Shown: positions 13,111-26,807, counted from the first letter of the stretch. The stretch is DNA of 64,000 bases from Camelus dromedarius (GCF_036321535.1 NC_087436.1:33420001-33484000), one strand, 5' to 3'. Numbers and translations are program-made. Notes: generated from the sequence alone by a model not told the origin.

Positions 13111-14549
13111 TTTTTAAATTGTATTTTAAAAATTCAATGTGATAAAAAAAGTTGGAAATATTTGGAATATTTGGAAATAATTTGAAAATAATAAATCAGA
13201 AAATCTAGTAGCTCTTTACTCTAGTTGATCATATGTTTGAATGATTTAAAAAGTTAAGTATCTTCAAACAGCAATATATACACCAAGTGATATACTGGGG
13301 TTTATTTCTTTGCCTTGGTTCTAAGTATCTGCACTGTTTCATTTAATTTATAAGTACTCAAACCATTTAAAAACTTTTTCTCTGGTAGAGATACATAGAT
13401 GGATAATTCTGTCCTTCTGTTTTTCAGTGTAAATTGTAAAAGAAATAACCCTAAAACAATTACATTAGACATATATGGCTTCTTTATTGTAGGAAAGTTG
13501 CATTATATTACAATCAGATTCTTATAAACACTTTATATAAACTTTATAGATCAACTATTTGGTCTTCAAAATACGTGCAAACCAGGACCTTAAATTACAA
13601 GGTAACTTTGCACCCATTTATTTGCAGAGATCATGTCCAGTCATTCTAAATTGGAATTCTTTTGGGTTTCTTCCTCTTCTCCTCCCCTCCATTCCTGAAA
13701 ACTGACAAAGAACGAGTTTTAATATACTAGATTAGTCAAGCAACAGACTCCTTAGAATTTTGAGCTATATTTGAACTCAGGGAAATCACTGCTAAGTCCC
13801 AATTAATCCAATTGTGATCAAATACATCATAGACTTTATGAAGTATTCTGCTTCAAAGCACATTATTCATTATGTCATTTTCTTCCTTCAAACTTCTTGA
13901 CTCAAGTGAATATTATTATGAAGAGATATTCTGCTTTTAATTAACCTTTTCACAGAAGGTTAATAGAGATTTTGTGAATTAAAAAAATGTACCCGAAAAA
14001 ATTACTAGTACAAATGAAGAAATACTGATTACAAAGCATACAGTAAAACTCTAAGAAAATATGACGACTAGTTTGTCTAAAAATACATTTACTCAAGATT
14101 TTCTGTGCAAAATAATTTTAATTTCTGGTAAAAAGATGTGTGGCTTTTTTTTTTATTCCTGAGGGGGAAAAAAAACCTTTATTTGCAAACTAGCTTTAGG
14201 GGCATATAACTTCTTTAGATGCAAGGGGAATGTTTCACAGGGTTTAAACATTATTTTATGTTTGGTTGTAAGATGTCAAGTGATCTACAAAAATAGCATT
14301 TTATAAATAAAACCTAAATGTTGTTAGATATGGCATTTGCAGGGTCATTTTAAGCATATGTTGTGGTTAATAAGCTAAGTTTAACTTTGGAGTTGTTTTA
14401 TAAATTACAATTGACCTTAGAGTGATAATTTTGTTTTCATTTAAAAGAGAATTGAATAAATTACTTTCCAACTGTGATTCCAAAGTTGTCAATGAAGAAT
14501 TTAGTAAAAACAACACATTAGAGAAGACTAAATGCTGGCCCAGGAAGGC

Positions 14550-14650
14550 CTTGCACCTGTTCTGCCGTTTCCTGGTGATGAACCGAGCGCTTAATTTTCT
14601 GTTCTGTCTCTTGATTTATAAACTAAGATAGTGATACTACCTCATTGCTA
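14550..14650 (+). mobile_element. MIR core fragment
   Basis: TCTGCCGTTTCCTGGTGATGAACC...GCTTAATTTTCTG...TTTATAAACTAAGATAGTGATACTACC. Confidence 0.45.
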
Positions 14651-16784
14651 CATTTAGCTTCAGTGTTAGTAAAGCAAAAACTCAAAATTTCTATGAAGGA
14701 AAAAAATCAGTAACCTGGTTACTTTATTGGTAACATAGTCAATCAAGTGGTATCATTTTCACACAGCCTCCATACGAAAAAAAAAGACATCTAATACACA
14801 GTGTGTGCTCCCCATGTATTATTTGCTTTGTACTTGTTCTCAGTCACACTCCCAAATGGGTCTGTGAAAACTTGCTCAGAATAAACCCTAACCATGACCA
14901 ACATATCACATAAAGCACATGATCAAAATGTGAATGAATATGGAAAAAGAAAAAAAAAAAAGGCAGTATGTTGACAGTAATTGTCAGTACGCTTGCTGTG
15001 AATAAGCTTTTAAATATCTGACAGTGAAGGCAAAGTGGGATCTGTGAATGTTACATTGCTTTCATTATAAAAGAAGGAAGAAGCTGATTTTCCTAGGGAA
15101 GCAAAAACTTTTCTTGGTATTAAGTCCAATAGAAGCTTCCGACTAGTATATTAGGGAAGGAACACTGAGACATTTTAGATAGTTTCCCCACAGTTTCATA
15201 ACCATGTAGAAAAAGGTATCAGACGGCTTGGAATTACAGCATTTTTCAATGATATTTTAAGACAATGTTATAGAATAAGTAAGTGAAAATTATGCTGCAT
15301 GAAATCCAGGTAATATGGACTAAAAAATGTGGCAAAATTCTTGCTGCCAAAATAATCCTTCAAATAAAACTAGAGTAGTTAAATGAATAAAAACAAATAA
15401 TATCCCTTTTGTCATCTCCCTAAATAATTCTCTCAGCCAGATTTTGGATAACTATGTAGCACAGTTTACTGAGGACCTAAAAAACTGGTATTCTGGGCTG
15501 ATGATTTAAGACTATTTCCTAAGCAATCTTCCTTTGGAGTGATCTTCCTCTTTCTTCCATCTCTTCTTCCCTCCAGTATGGGGGCTAATTTTAGACTTCA
15601 CTTGAGAAACAAATTCCCATGGTGTGAACCATCAGTACCTTCATCAATTGTCTGAGCCCCTTGCTTTCTTGGGAGCCAGAGCTGCTCTGGGAAGGATGTA
15701 GACCTTAGCTCTGTTTAACCCCAGGGGCAGAGATGGTTTTAATTTTACTGGTGCCATATGGGATATCAAGAGTCAGAGAGGGAAAGTAAAATCTATTTGA
15801 AAAATTAAAATTTTAAAGTGTCATATTAGTCCACATTCAAAGTTAGTGGTCATAAGAAAAATCTGAATTGGAGTCACAGAACCTGCAATGTGTAGCCAGG
15901 AGTAGATAGGATTGGAATGGAAGCAATTTGACTTTAAAAATGTAGGAGGATTCCACAATGATTGGGATGAGTGCTGTGAGTACTGAGTTTTATTCCAATT
16001 CCAAATAGAAACTAGATAGGAAAGAATATCTCTCAAATAAGTTAATTGAATGATTACTGTATCTTTTTTCCATAATGAATTCAGAAATCTCAGTGAAATT
16101 TGATGTTGACATAGAACCACATTCTTGGTTTTTTGTGGCACTCTAGAGCAGTTCAGTCTATGAATTCATTTATGTCTTTCATATATTTCAAGTCATGTAA
16201 CTAATTACCATGCATTCAAGGTAATCATTGCACAATACTTTAGTTTTATGACAACTGTATAAAGATCAGTGAATTGGAATGAAAATTTTAAAAGTAATAT
16301 ACACTGGTGAGGAAATGTACAAATGCTGTGTTTATATTTTTATGGTGTAGAATCAAGAGTAAAAATATTATAGCTTCTCTGTTAAGAAAATTTGAGTATA
16401 TACCTTGAAACAGGATAAGAGAAATAGCTTTTATCTGTAATCAAGGGGAAGGATCTAGGTTTGCAGATTAACTTCAATGTAAGGAATTGAAGTAAAGTGG
16501 CAACAGTATTTTTCATGATAAACTGGTGATCTGGTGAATGAATTGTGTAAGATCAGTAAAAAGAATGAAGTGAACTAGAAAAACTATCCTTGTCTGAGTT
16601 TCTTTATATTATGGAATTAAGAAGAATTTTATGTATTTGTGTGCGTGTGTGTGTGTGTATAAAATTATATATATACACACACTCAACAACTTGTTTCAAA
16701 GTTCAGTCTATGATATGAAGACTCAGAGTAGAAAGCAATCAAAACAACTTGGAAAATCTTTTTACTTTTATATTTCTTTATTTT

Positions 16785-17945
16785 TCTCTTTTTAAAATTG
16801 AAATATGGTTGTCATACAATATTATGATAGTTTCAGGTGTGCTGCATAGTGATTTGACATTTGCATACATTTTGAAATGATCACCATAAGTTTAGTATCC
16901 ACCTATTTCCATATTAAGTTATTACAGTATTATTGACCATATTCCTCATGCTCTGTATTACATCTCTATAACTTAGTTATTATATAACTGTTAGTTTGTA
17001 CATACTTGTACTTCCTGTATATATTTCCGCTATCATCCCCCCTTCCATTCTAGCACCCACGTGATTGTTCTCTGTATCTATGAAATTGTTTTGTTATTGC
17101 ACCAATAGTGCACAATGTTTCCTTTTTTTCTACATCCTCACAAAACTTGGTACTTGAGCTTTTGATGATAGTCATCCTGACAACCATGAGGTGGTATTAT
17201 TGTGATTTTGTTTTGCATTTCTCTGGTGACTAGTGATGCTGAGCATCTTTTCATCTGTCCATTGGCCATCTATACATCTTTGGAAAAATGTCCATTCAGG
17301 TCCTCTGTCCATTTTTTTTAAATCAGACTTTTTAAATTTTGAGTTGTATGGGTTCTTTATATATTTTATATATGAACCCCTTATCAGATATATCATTTCC
17401 AAACACTTTATCCCATTCAGCATGCTGACTTTTTGTTCTGTTTATAGTTTCCTTCTCTGTGCAGAAACTTTTTAGTTTGACGTAGTCCCATTCATTTATT
17501 TTTGCTTTTGTTTTTCATGCCTGAAGAAACATACACAAAAAAATTATTAGACCAATGTCAGAGTGTACTGCCTATGTTTTTTTCTAGGTGTTTTATCATT
17601 TCAGGTCTTAAACTGAAATATTTAACCCATTTTGTGTTTATTTTTGTATATGGTGCAAGAAACTAGTTCAATTTGGTTCTTTTGCATGTGGCTGTCCAGT
17701 TTTCCTAATACCATTTATTGAAAGGCTGTCTTTTTCCCATTGTATATTGTTGCCTCCTTTATAATAGATTAATTGACCATACAAGTATGGGTTAGTTTCT
17801 GGGCTCTCTATTATATTTTATTGGTCTATGTGTCTGTTCTTGTGCCAGACCATACTGTTTTGATTACTGTAGCTTTGTACTATAGTTTGAAATCATAGAA
17901 CATAATACCTCCAGCACTGTCAATTTCTCTAGATTGGTTTTTGAT
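16785..17945 (-). mobile_element. L1 3' UTR plus ORF2 3' end (laurasiatherian type), 5'-truncated, with an internal deletion near 17100
   Basis: T-rich tail, then AATTGAAATATGGTTGTCATACAATATTATG..., GATGCTGAGCATCTTTTCAT, CTTTGGAAAAATGTCCATTCAGGTCCTCTG, TTTGATTACTGTAGCTTTGTA. The sequence jumps from 3' UTR to CACCAATAGTGCACAA at about 17100. Confidence 0.9.
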
Positions 17946-18339
17946 TTTTAGCATAGGCTGTGGGTCTCTACTATACTCTTCCAGTGCTGGGTCCTGTGGT
18001 ACTGGAGAGCATACTGAGAATCATATTTCCTCCCATCAGAGTTTGAAAAATAATAAGAATGAATAAAGATGTGAGATCTCCTATTTGGATATAAGTTCAC
18101 ATCACATTTTTTGGGTCGAATGGGTAAAGCTAGGTCATAGTGGATCCTTTCTATTTCAATGAATCTGGACTCATTCCAGAGGTAAAAAAAAAAAAGGGGG
18201 TGGGGGTGGGGGAACATGTTACTGTTCTTGAAGAGAATAATGCTATATAGATAACATGGCTTTCAGATTCACCTATAATATACTTTACAGAGGTTGAAAA
18301 ATTCAAAGTCTGAAGTTCATTCTGTAGTTCACAGATCCA

Positions 18340-18665
18340 TTTGATGAGGCTCCGCAGGTGAATGGGAGTGGAAAAGAAGACAGATACTTGAAATAATGAG
18401 ATAAGTAAAGGGAAAATAATGAATCCACTGCTGACAAGTGTGACAAGGCTGGGAGCATAGGAGTCATAGAGAGTAATTCTCTTTTTTAAGTTTACATCCG
18501 TGATGACGGGATGAACAGAGGAATCAGCCAGATGATTTATTTAGAGACAAAGATGAGATTGAATTTAGTTGTATACATGCTAAGTTGATGTTAATAGTTG
18601 AAAATTCAAGTATGAATATCTCAAATCAGGAGAGAGTGAATATTTGGGAGTCATCAACTTGATAA
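18340..18665 (-). mobile_element. L2 fragment
   Basis: Purine-rich antisense L2 pattern ending GGAGAGAG...ATTTGGGAGTCATCAAC. Confidence 0.5.
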
Positions 18666-19669
18666 GTAGTTTTGTGATAAATGCCTCTTTTACAATCACA
18701 CTTACAATCACTGCAATTAAACGAGTGATTGGGGTTAGGTTGGAAGTGATAATAAATACAATCAGCAGTTATCTCAATCTTTATGTAATTCTTTTATATC
18801 TTGCATATTATACGTTGTGAAAGTCTAAAAATAGGCTATATGAAGAATTAGTCTGGTAAATATTTGCTTTGCAAGATGATTTGCTTTTCTTTCTCTGTAT
18901 CTTTCTCCTTCACTTGTACTTTCTAAGCAAAGAACATTAGCATTATAATCACTACTTTAAGCTTTAAGTTGAAAACATTTTATTGGTTGACTGAACTTAT
19001 CATCCATTAGGAATGTCCACATCTGGTGAGATGGGGAGTTCAGTGTTTGCATTCCCAAGTCCACACTGCTGACTGAGTTCAGATACTTTACTGGCTAGTT
19101 TACAAAGTTTTGCTTTTTTATAGCTAGTCAATGTACAGGCTTATATAGCATATACCTCCCTGAAGCAGTTTCTTTCTCATACCATCTGGTAATGAGAGGA
19201 TCATTTACCTACATAAAACCATGGCATCTGGAAAGGAAAAATAATTTGGTAAAATCAGTAAACTACCAGGAATGGCTGTATTTCTATTTCATTTGGAGGA
19301 AATTATTTAATACTAAAATGAGATTTAAAGAACCAATAGTAAGTAAAAAATGTGAAGAAGTAACACCAGCATATTTTTCAGTGGTTTCAACCATATATAC
19401 TTTTCTAGGAAAAAAAATCTAGATAATTAGAAGTTGTGTATTTTATTTAGATACAAGACAAACATTTGGACGGTTTAAAGAACTGGGTTTGGAATGAATG
19501 TCAACATTATTCTTTAACATTAATTTGGAAGCTGTGACAGGACCCCCACCCACACACATGTAGCTTTTTGTCAGATCTGTACAAAAGGCGAGCAGCAGTT
19601 GTAGACATTAGAGACAAGTGGAGATCAGTTGTAAAGATATTGGTGATTGTTTTCCAGGAAAGAAGAGAT

Positions 19670-20170
19670 GCACTCATTCACTTAGGTCCCTGTCACTGTA
19701 ATTACTATGCACCAGGCAGTATTCTAGGCACTGAGGTTATCATTTTGGATAGCATAGTATTGGTTGTTGTCCTTCTTACATTCTGGTGAGGGAGGAACAA
19801 AATAGTGTAGATGCTTCAGCAGAAATAAAATGGAGTGATGAGGTAGAGAATGGCTGTTGGAGGATGGGGAAGTGACGTGGAAGAGGTGAGATGGCTCCTA
19901 AAGACAAATAGGTCCAGGACAGACCTCTGTTAGGAAGTGAGTGGAAGATGATGTCTGACTGAGTACTAGTATGTAGTCGTGCAGATAGTGTAGTCTTTGG
20001 GAGGGAAAATATTGAACCATAATTAAGAAAAAGACTAGAAAGTACCAAGGAAAATAAATTGAACAAAGGAAGGCTGGTATGAGATCAGACCCTTGGACAA
20101 AGAAAAGGAAGAGTTTAGTACCAGGACACAGTGGTGATGTTTGTAGAATTTTTATGTCACTCTAATAAAC
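19670..20170 (-). mobile_element. L2 3' fragment
   Basis: CACTCATTCA...TACTATGCACCAGGCAGTATTCTAGGCACTGAGG...CTTACATTCTGGTGAGGGAG. Confidence 0.6.
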
Positions 20171-20323
20171 CCTATTTCTGTGATGGGTAATTTTTGTAAC
20201 ATATATGTATATGTACTTAATAAATTCTTTTCAATACAAAATCTCCTGTTACTCCAATGAGTCATTCCAAGCCACATATTGCCCTGTATTTAACAGCTTC
20301 CTCAGTTTCCAGTGTCGAATGGA

Positions 20324-20490
20324 GTAGTGCTTCCCGTGGGCAACACACCTCTGGGGAAGAGGGAGCATAGAAAAGACTGGTGAGATTTTTGGTAATAATG
20401 ACTGGGGACAGGCTTTGGCAAAGGCCAGGGATGCAATGCATAGAACAGTCCTGCATAACAAAGAATTTTCTCACAGACCACACAACTTAT
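20324..20490. mobile_element. hAT-Charlie MITE, MER20/MER20B-like
   Basis: TTTTTGGTAATAATGACTGGGG...GGCCAGGGATGC...AATGCATAGAACAGTCCTGCATAACAAAGAATT. Confidence 0.6.
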
Positions 20491-20958
20491 GAGTATTCTG
20501 TGGCCAAAATTTATCTCAAATGTAAATTGTGTCTGTACATCTGGACAGGATAATGCTGAAAGCCAAAATTATAGTAACTTCCACAAAGAATCTAGTGATT
20601 TAGGAGAAAATCAGTGTGTAGGTAGAAGGCTAATTAGAATAAAAGTATTTTATTGATGATGTTAGACATTTGAATCCACTCAGGAGCTCATGTCTAGTCA
20701 ATCAGTAAGTGTGTCATTTTAATGCTGTAACATTATTGGTAAATAAACTAGAAATGGAGGTAAGCATTTGGTAAGCATTTGCTAAGTATTTTGTATATAT
20801 TTACTTTAATTAACATGTTAATACTTTTATTGCCAACATGAGATAGGTATTCCCCATCTTAGTTTTTTCACTCTACAGTCAGTAACATGGAATTCTGACT
20901 TGGGGCATTTTTTCTTACCCTCTTTCTCTTATATATAAGTAAGATTAGCTTATCATTT

Positions 20959-21115
20959 TCTTTCTTTGTTCCTTTCTTCCTTCCTTTCTTTCTTTGTGAA
21001 GGGGAGGAAATTAGGTTTGTTTATTTGTTTATTTTTAAGGGAGGCACTAGGGATTGAACCCAGGACCTTCTGCATGCTAAGTACACACTCTACCCCTGAG
21101 CGATATCCTCCCCTC
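20959..21115 (-). mobile_element. Camelid tRNA-derived SINE (Vic-1 type)
   Basis: The minus strand reads GGGAGGATATCGCTCAGGGGTAGAG (A-box) ...GGTCCTGGGTTCAATCCCTAG (B-box) ...AAATAAACAAACCTAATTTCCTCCCC followed by an A-rich tail. Degenerate 14-bp TSD TTAG(CTT/ATG)ATCATTT at 20945-20958 and 21116-21129. Confidence 0.85.
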
Positions 21116-22689
21116 TTAGATGATCATTTCTTATCTTAATACAAGTGTACATTTAATGCCCACCTAATTTTGCTTTTTATTTTCCCTTACTTCCTATTCA
21201 GAATAACTTCTGGGTTTTGTCACTTAAATACAAACATATAAAATTGTTGAAATGATGTAACTATTTTGTTACTTATCCTATGAGTCACACCATAAGATTT
21301 ATAAAGGCTTGTTTTATCTCTGAACTTCATTTAGTTCATAGTAAAAGGGAAAGTGTAAAATTATTTATTGGTCAAAAGGAACTTGCGTCTGATGGAAGTG
21401 GAAAATTAGAAAGGAAACAGAACCATGCATTTTGGAAAATATACATTTGAAACATGCATTTAGAAGATACATTTTGGACTTGTCCTTAGGCAGCTGCAGT
21501 CAAATTACAAATTAGTTGGAAACTTAGCCTATTATAATAAAAAATTCTTTAAAAGAGTGCTTGATTCTGGCTAGAAAAAAGTTGACATTAAATAAAAGAC
21601 TTTTCCCAAGATTTCATAAATGATACTGGAGACCTTAATACCCATATGATTAGTTTTATTTTACTCATCTAAATAGTAACAGCAGAAAAAAATGAAGTAT
21701 TTCTCTTCCTTTATACTCCCTTTTAAACCTTAACTGAACATGGAGTTTTAAAAATAAATGTTTTAATTTTGAATTATCCAGACACCAAGTTCTGGGTGCA
21801 GATTAGAGATGGAAATTTCAGGTTTATTTGTACGTAATCCTAAATAACAATTTTCAAAAGTAAGTAATTACTAACATTGACTCCCGTCGTGCTTGTGTCT
21901 AATTTATGTTTCTGGTGTATGGAAAAATCTGTTTGGGCAGGTATAAAGGTAGCCCATACAATAGGATTGAAAATTTGGAACACTGCAGCTCATTTAATAC
22001 GGAATTTTCCATAAGACAAGTCACGTCTCAACAGTGGGGAAAATTTGCCAAATAGTATCAAGCTTAGAAATTTTATTTTCTCCCTCTAAAAATCTTGGTG
22101 AATTTGTAAACTCTCTTACTGTGGCAGCATGACAGAGTGAACAGCTTGTATAGATACAGTTTTCACAGACATCAGGCATTTTGGAGAACACACAATTTTC
22201 TTTCTTACTGTGTTAATCTGGAGAGCTGCCATTAAAAACAGCAGCAGCTAAATGTACATATACGTATATTTGGTGAACACTCTATTTAACTTAACATCTA
22301 TTGTACAAAGTAATATGGGGGTGTACAGCATGGCTGCAGGGAGGGTAAAGAAAGATTGCACAGTCCAAAAATGAATGATGAGAGACTGACTACTGCTCGA
22401 ACACAGAGCAGATGTAAATAAATCTGACAGTTGCACACTGAGGTTGGATTGACGTTTTAATAAGATGTATGGGAGATACCTACACTTTATCTGACTTTAA
22501 TCACACTTTACATAATCACAACTTAATACATGCCAACCCCTCATATTTACTAATTACTGTTTTTAATCTTTCCATTGACGATTGTAACTACAAAAAAGAA
22601 TTTGCACATAACTATTTTATCACTGGGTCAAAGGGTAAATAGAATAGTTAAGAACAAAGAGCCAGGCTAAAAATTCAATGAAAGATTAC

Positions 22690-22885
22690 ATAACCATCTT
22701 ATTGAATGCTTACTTTATATATGTCACTTTGAAAGGACCTTGTGGTGTAGATTCTTATTTCTCTAATTTACATTTAATGAACCTGGTAACTTATTCAATA
22801 ATACTAATGCAGTATTAATGCTAGGATTTGAAATTACCTAACCTGATTCCAAAACCCATAAGCTTAACTTCTACAGTATCCTGTT
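22690..22885 (-). mobile_element. MIR SINE
   Basis: TTATTGAATGCTTACT...GCTAGGATTTGAAATTACC...CCTGATTCCAAAACCCATAAGCTTAAC. Confidence 0.65.
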
Positions 22886-24514
22886 TCCAGAAACCTGAAT
22901 CAAGTTTCCATTTCATCAGTTCTTGTTGGAGGGTTTTGACTTACTAATTTCATATCTTTATGTCCAAGTATCTTTTTCACGAGGATTAAATGTTAACTGC
23001 AGTGATCATGCTTCACACACGGTGCTCACATGTGTCAGCTGTTGGTATTTCTATTCGTCAACAAGGAATTTTTTTAAAGCTCTGTTGAATATTTTCAAGT
23101 GATTTGGTAATACATTCTTAGATAGGCACGGCCCCTGATACAGGCCAACTGACTCCTACGTATTCACTTAAGTAAATAGCAACAGTATATCCTCAACAGT
23201 GATCGTAGACAATTCTACTGTGGTTCTAACTACATTCTTAATCAGATTAGAATCAGTTTAATAATCTGGTTTCTCTGAAACCTTAAACTGCTCAGTAAGA
23301 CAAAGACAAGGACAAATAAATGAAAGGTTATGTTGAAAATGCTGTTGGATATTGAAATGAATTTATTCGGGTTGTCTAGTCTACCCTCCCCATACAGAGT
23401 ATTCTTATAACATGACTGGTATCTTCATTACCTAAACTTCGCAATGTATTTAGTGAAATTTTTTAATACTTTGCTTCACAAATTCATTAGTATTTGCAAT
23501 GAGTTAACATAGGTTAAAGAGACAGATATCAAGTTTAACCTTATTTTAATATGACATTTTGTAAAATTTGCCATAAAATAACTTCAGGTCTGTCAGACCC
23601 ATCCCTATGTTTTTTTGGCCTTTACTGGATCACTAAGACCCATATGTTGAATTAATCTAATAGTGGAAACCTCATTCCCATTAGAGATTTAAAAATATTT
23701 AAACAGAGAGAAAATGATGTATATTGGCTGAGAGGCTTTGAATCTTAACTCCCAGATCTCATTTGGGAATGTGTGTTAAGTCAAAACCCGTGTTACTTGT
23801 TACTTTAGGGCAAAGGAATACTGGATCTCCAAAAGTTGTGAGAAAGGAAGAAAACTAGGAATAGGGAAAACTTAAAATTTAAGAACACTTTTTTATGGTG
23901 GGGTTAGCCCTAAGTCCCCAAGTGCAGTCTGAACTGGTATGTATTCCCAAGGATATCTGAGCAGGTTAGAGGACATCAAAGTAGAAGTCTGAGCAAAAGT
24001 GGAATAATTAATGTGGTGGTCGGCAGCACAGTTCTTAGTGATCTCATTGGAGAAAGATCCAAGTAGATTATGCAGGGAAGGATCCAAGTTGGGAGGCAAG
24101 GGAATGTGCAGCATCTGGGAAACTTTCAGGCTCACAGAGAGGCTGGATGTTACTCAGAAGAGGGATCCAGCCCCAGTGGGTGAATGGAGGTCAGACCTGG
24201 GGCGGGGCGGGGGGAACGAGGCTGGAATGTATTTCTAGGAAACCAGGTGGAGGAGCAGTCATAAAACTTGGGAAGGAGGCGGGAACCCTAAAGAAAGCTT
24301 TGTAGAGCTGTGGACTTATTAATGATTCTGGCTCTAGTCTGACCTCCAGAAACAGGTTCAAGTCCCAGCCACTGAAGAGGACAGATTTCTTGATTTATTT
24401 CCTTGCTGGGTCAGTGACTGAGTGGAACACAAATTCTTGCCCTTGAGTAGGGGTGAGACTGGGTCTGGCAAGAATCAATATTATTAGTGTAAACATTATT
24501 AGCCAAATATTTTA

Positions 24515-24568
<54 letters not shown>
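24515..24568. repeat. Compound (GT)n(AT)n microsatellite
   Basis: Direct read. Confidence 0.95.
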
Positions 24569-24570
<2 letters not shown>

Positions 24571-24734
24571 AATTTAAGTCGGTTTTATTATTTAAATTAA
24601 TGCAGTGTATATCCAGATGAACTTAAAAATATGTTGTGTATAAGCTGAGGTTTGTGGAAATCTTAAAGGATAAACTTCTCTTTGTCAACTTTCATTTCAA
24701 CCCCAGAGTGAGAGGAAAAATGTCAGACTAAGCA

Positions 24735-24865
24735 TAGATCCCTAACTTTTTACTTGAAACCCTTGGAGTCAGATACATTGATTTTCAGAATTTCAGGAGT
24801 TTATAGAGATAAGAAGGCACGATTATCCTATTTGTTGTAACATCTACAGTGGGCTCTGGGACAGG
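24735..24865. mobile_element. Ancient Tigger-type DNA transposon remnant
   Basis: AGATCCCTAACTTTTTACTTGAAACCCTTGGAGTCAGA...TTTCAGAATTTCAG resembles a TcMar-Tigger terminal region. Subfamily is uncertain. Confidence 0.4.
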
Positions 24866-25121
24866 ATTATTTACTTAATCAAAAAGAAAGCATGGATAAT
24901 TACAGTGAGGAAGGTAAAAAAGAAGTGAAGATTGTGCACCTGTACCTGAATTCCAGGAAACCTCAAGCAAATATTCAGTTCAAGTTGTCTGATACAGCTC
25001 TTAAGAGGCAACAGAGAAACTGTGTTAAAGATTGCACTATAAATAGGTCTCAAAGAAACATCAGTTATCCACCTTAACCTTATCCTTGCACTACTAGTTG
25101 CTTTTCTTTTTCTTTTTCATT

Positions 25122-25500
25122 TGGCTTGAAACAATAGAAATGTATTTCCTTCCAGTTCTGGAGACTTAGAAGTTTGAAATCCAGGTGTCAGCAGGGCCAT
25201 GCTCCCTCTGAAGGATCTAGGAAAGAATCCTTTGCCTCTTGTAGTTTCTGGTGGCCCCATTCCTTCCTTGGCTTATGAGAACAGAACTCCATCTCTGCCT
25301 CCATCTTCACATGACTGTCTTCTCTGTCTCTTCTTCTTAGAAGGACACCAGTCATTGGATTTAGGGCCTACTCCTAAATCCAGGATGATTTAATCCTGAG
25401 ATCCTTAATTAGTCAAATCTGCAAAGACCCTATTTAGAAATAAGGTCACATTTTGAGTGTCCAGGTGGACGTGAATTTTGAGGGAACATTACTCAACATA
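25122..25500 (-). mobile_element. MaLR LTR, MLT1C-like
   Basis: GGCTTGAAACAATAGAAATGTATT...AGGTGTCAGCAGGGCCATGCTCCCTCTGAAGG...GGACACCAGTCATTGGATTTAGGGCC...TCTGCAAAGACCCTATTT...AAATAAGGTCACATT. Confidence 0.9.
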
Positions 25501-25507
25501 AAAGGAA

Positions 25508-26807
25508 ACTCACCACCATACAGTTAACCTCCTTACCTATTTCACCTTCCCTGCACGCCCTTCCCCACTGGTAACCACTGCTTTATTCTCTGTATCTATG
25601 TGTTTGCTTTGGTTTGGTGTATTCATTTGATTTTAATTTTAATTTTTTAAAACTTTCCACATGTAAGTACAATCATAATATATGTATCTTTCTCTGCCTG
25701 ACTTATTTCACCTAGCATAATATCCTCAAGGTCCATCTATGTTTCACTAATGGCAAGATTTCATCTTTTTTATGGCTGAGTAGTATTCCTGTGTGTGTTT
25801 GTGTGTGTGTGTTTAGATAACATGTCTTCTTTATCTATCCATCTGTCTTGGGGCACTTAGGTTATTCCCACATCTTGGTTATTGTAAATAATACTGAGAT
25901 GAACATAAGGATGCGTGCATCTTTTGAAGTACTGTTTTTGTTTTAATTAGATAAATACTCAGAAGTGGAATTTCTTGATCATGTTACTTCTATTCTTGAT
26001 TTTTTGAGGAATCTTAATACTGTTTTCTATAGTGGCTGTACCAGTTTACATTCCCACCAACAGCGCACAAGGGTTTCCTTTTATTCACATTTTCTTCAGC
26101 ACATTTCTTGCTCTTGCTCTTTTTGATCATAACCATTCTAATGGGCGTGGGTGATATATCATTGTGGTTTTGATTTGCATTTCCCAGATAATCAGTGATA
26201 TTGAACATCTTTTCATATTCCTGTTGGCCATCTGTATGTCTACTTTGGAAAAATATTTATTAAGGTCCTCTGCCCTTTTTAAAAATATTTTTATACTCCC
26301 CATTTTTAAATTGGGTTTTTTTTTCTGTTATTGTTGAGTTGTATGAGTTCTTTATATTTTTTGGATATTAACCCCTTATGAGATATATAATTTAATAGCT
26401 TCTATTCAGTAGGTTGTCTTTTCATTTTGTTGGTGGCTTCCTTTGCTGTACAGAAGCTTTTTAGTTTGATATAGTCCCATTTGTTTCTTTTTTATTTCAC
26501 TTCCCTTACCTGAGGAGATATGTCCAGAAAGGTATCGCTAAGGTCTAAGTTTTCTTCTAGGAGTTTTATGGTTTTGGGGCTTACATTTGAGTCTTTAATC
26601 CTTTTCAAGTTGGTTTTTGAGTATGGTTTGAGATAGTGGTCTAGTTTCATCATTTTGCATGTGGCTGTCTAGTTTTCCTAATACTGTTTGTAGAAGAGAC
26701 TATTCTTTCTCCATTGTATGTTCTTGTTTGTCATAAATTAATTGTCCATACATGTGTGGGTTTACTTCTGGGTTCTCAGTTCTGTTCCACTGATCTGTGT
26801 GCCAGTT
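25508..26807 (-). mobile_element. L1 3' region (L1MA9-like/laurasiatherian), lacking its extreme 3' end
   Basis: CTGGTAACCACTG, GACTTATTTCACCTAGCATAAT, ATGGCTGAGTAGTATTCC, TTACATTCCCACCAACAG, CAGAAGCTTTTTAGTTTGATATAGTCCCA. Confidence 0.9.

Noticed and set aside
13152..13190. TTGGAA(A)TAT repeats as a CRISPR-like or satellite array
   Set aside because: Only about four degenerate 9-11 bp units without spacers. It is a simple tandem repeat.
21035..21113. tRNA gene
   Set aside because: It has A/B boxes but also a SINE-specific tail, an A-rich end and a TSD, and the cloverleaf is degenerate. It is a SINE.
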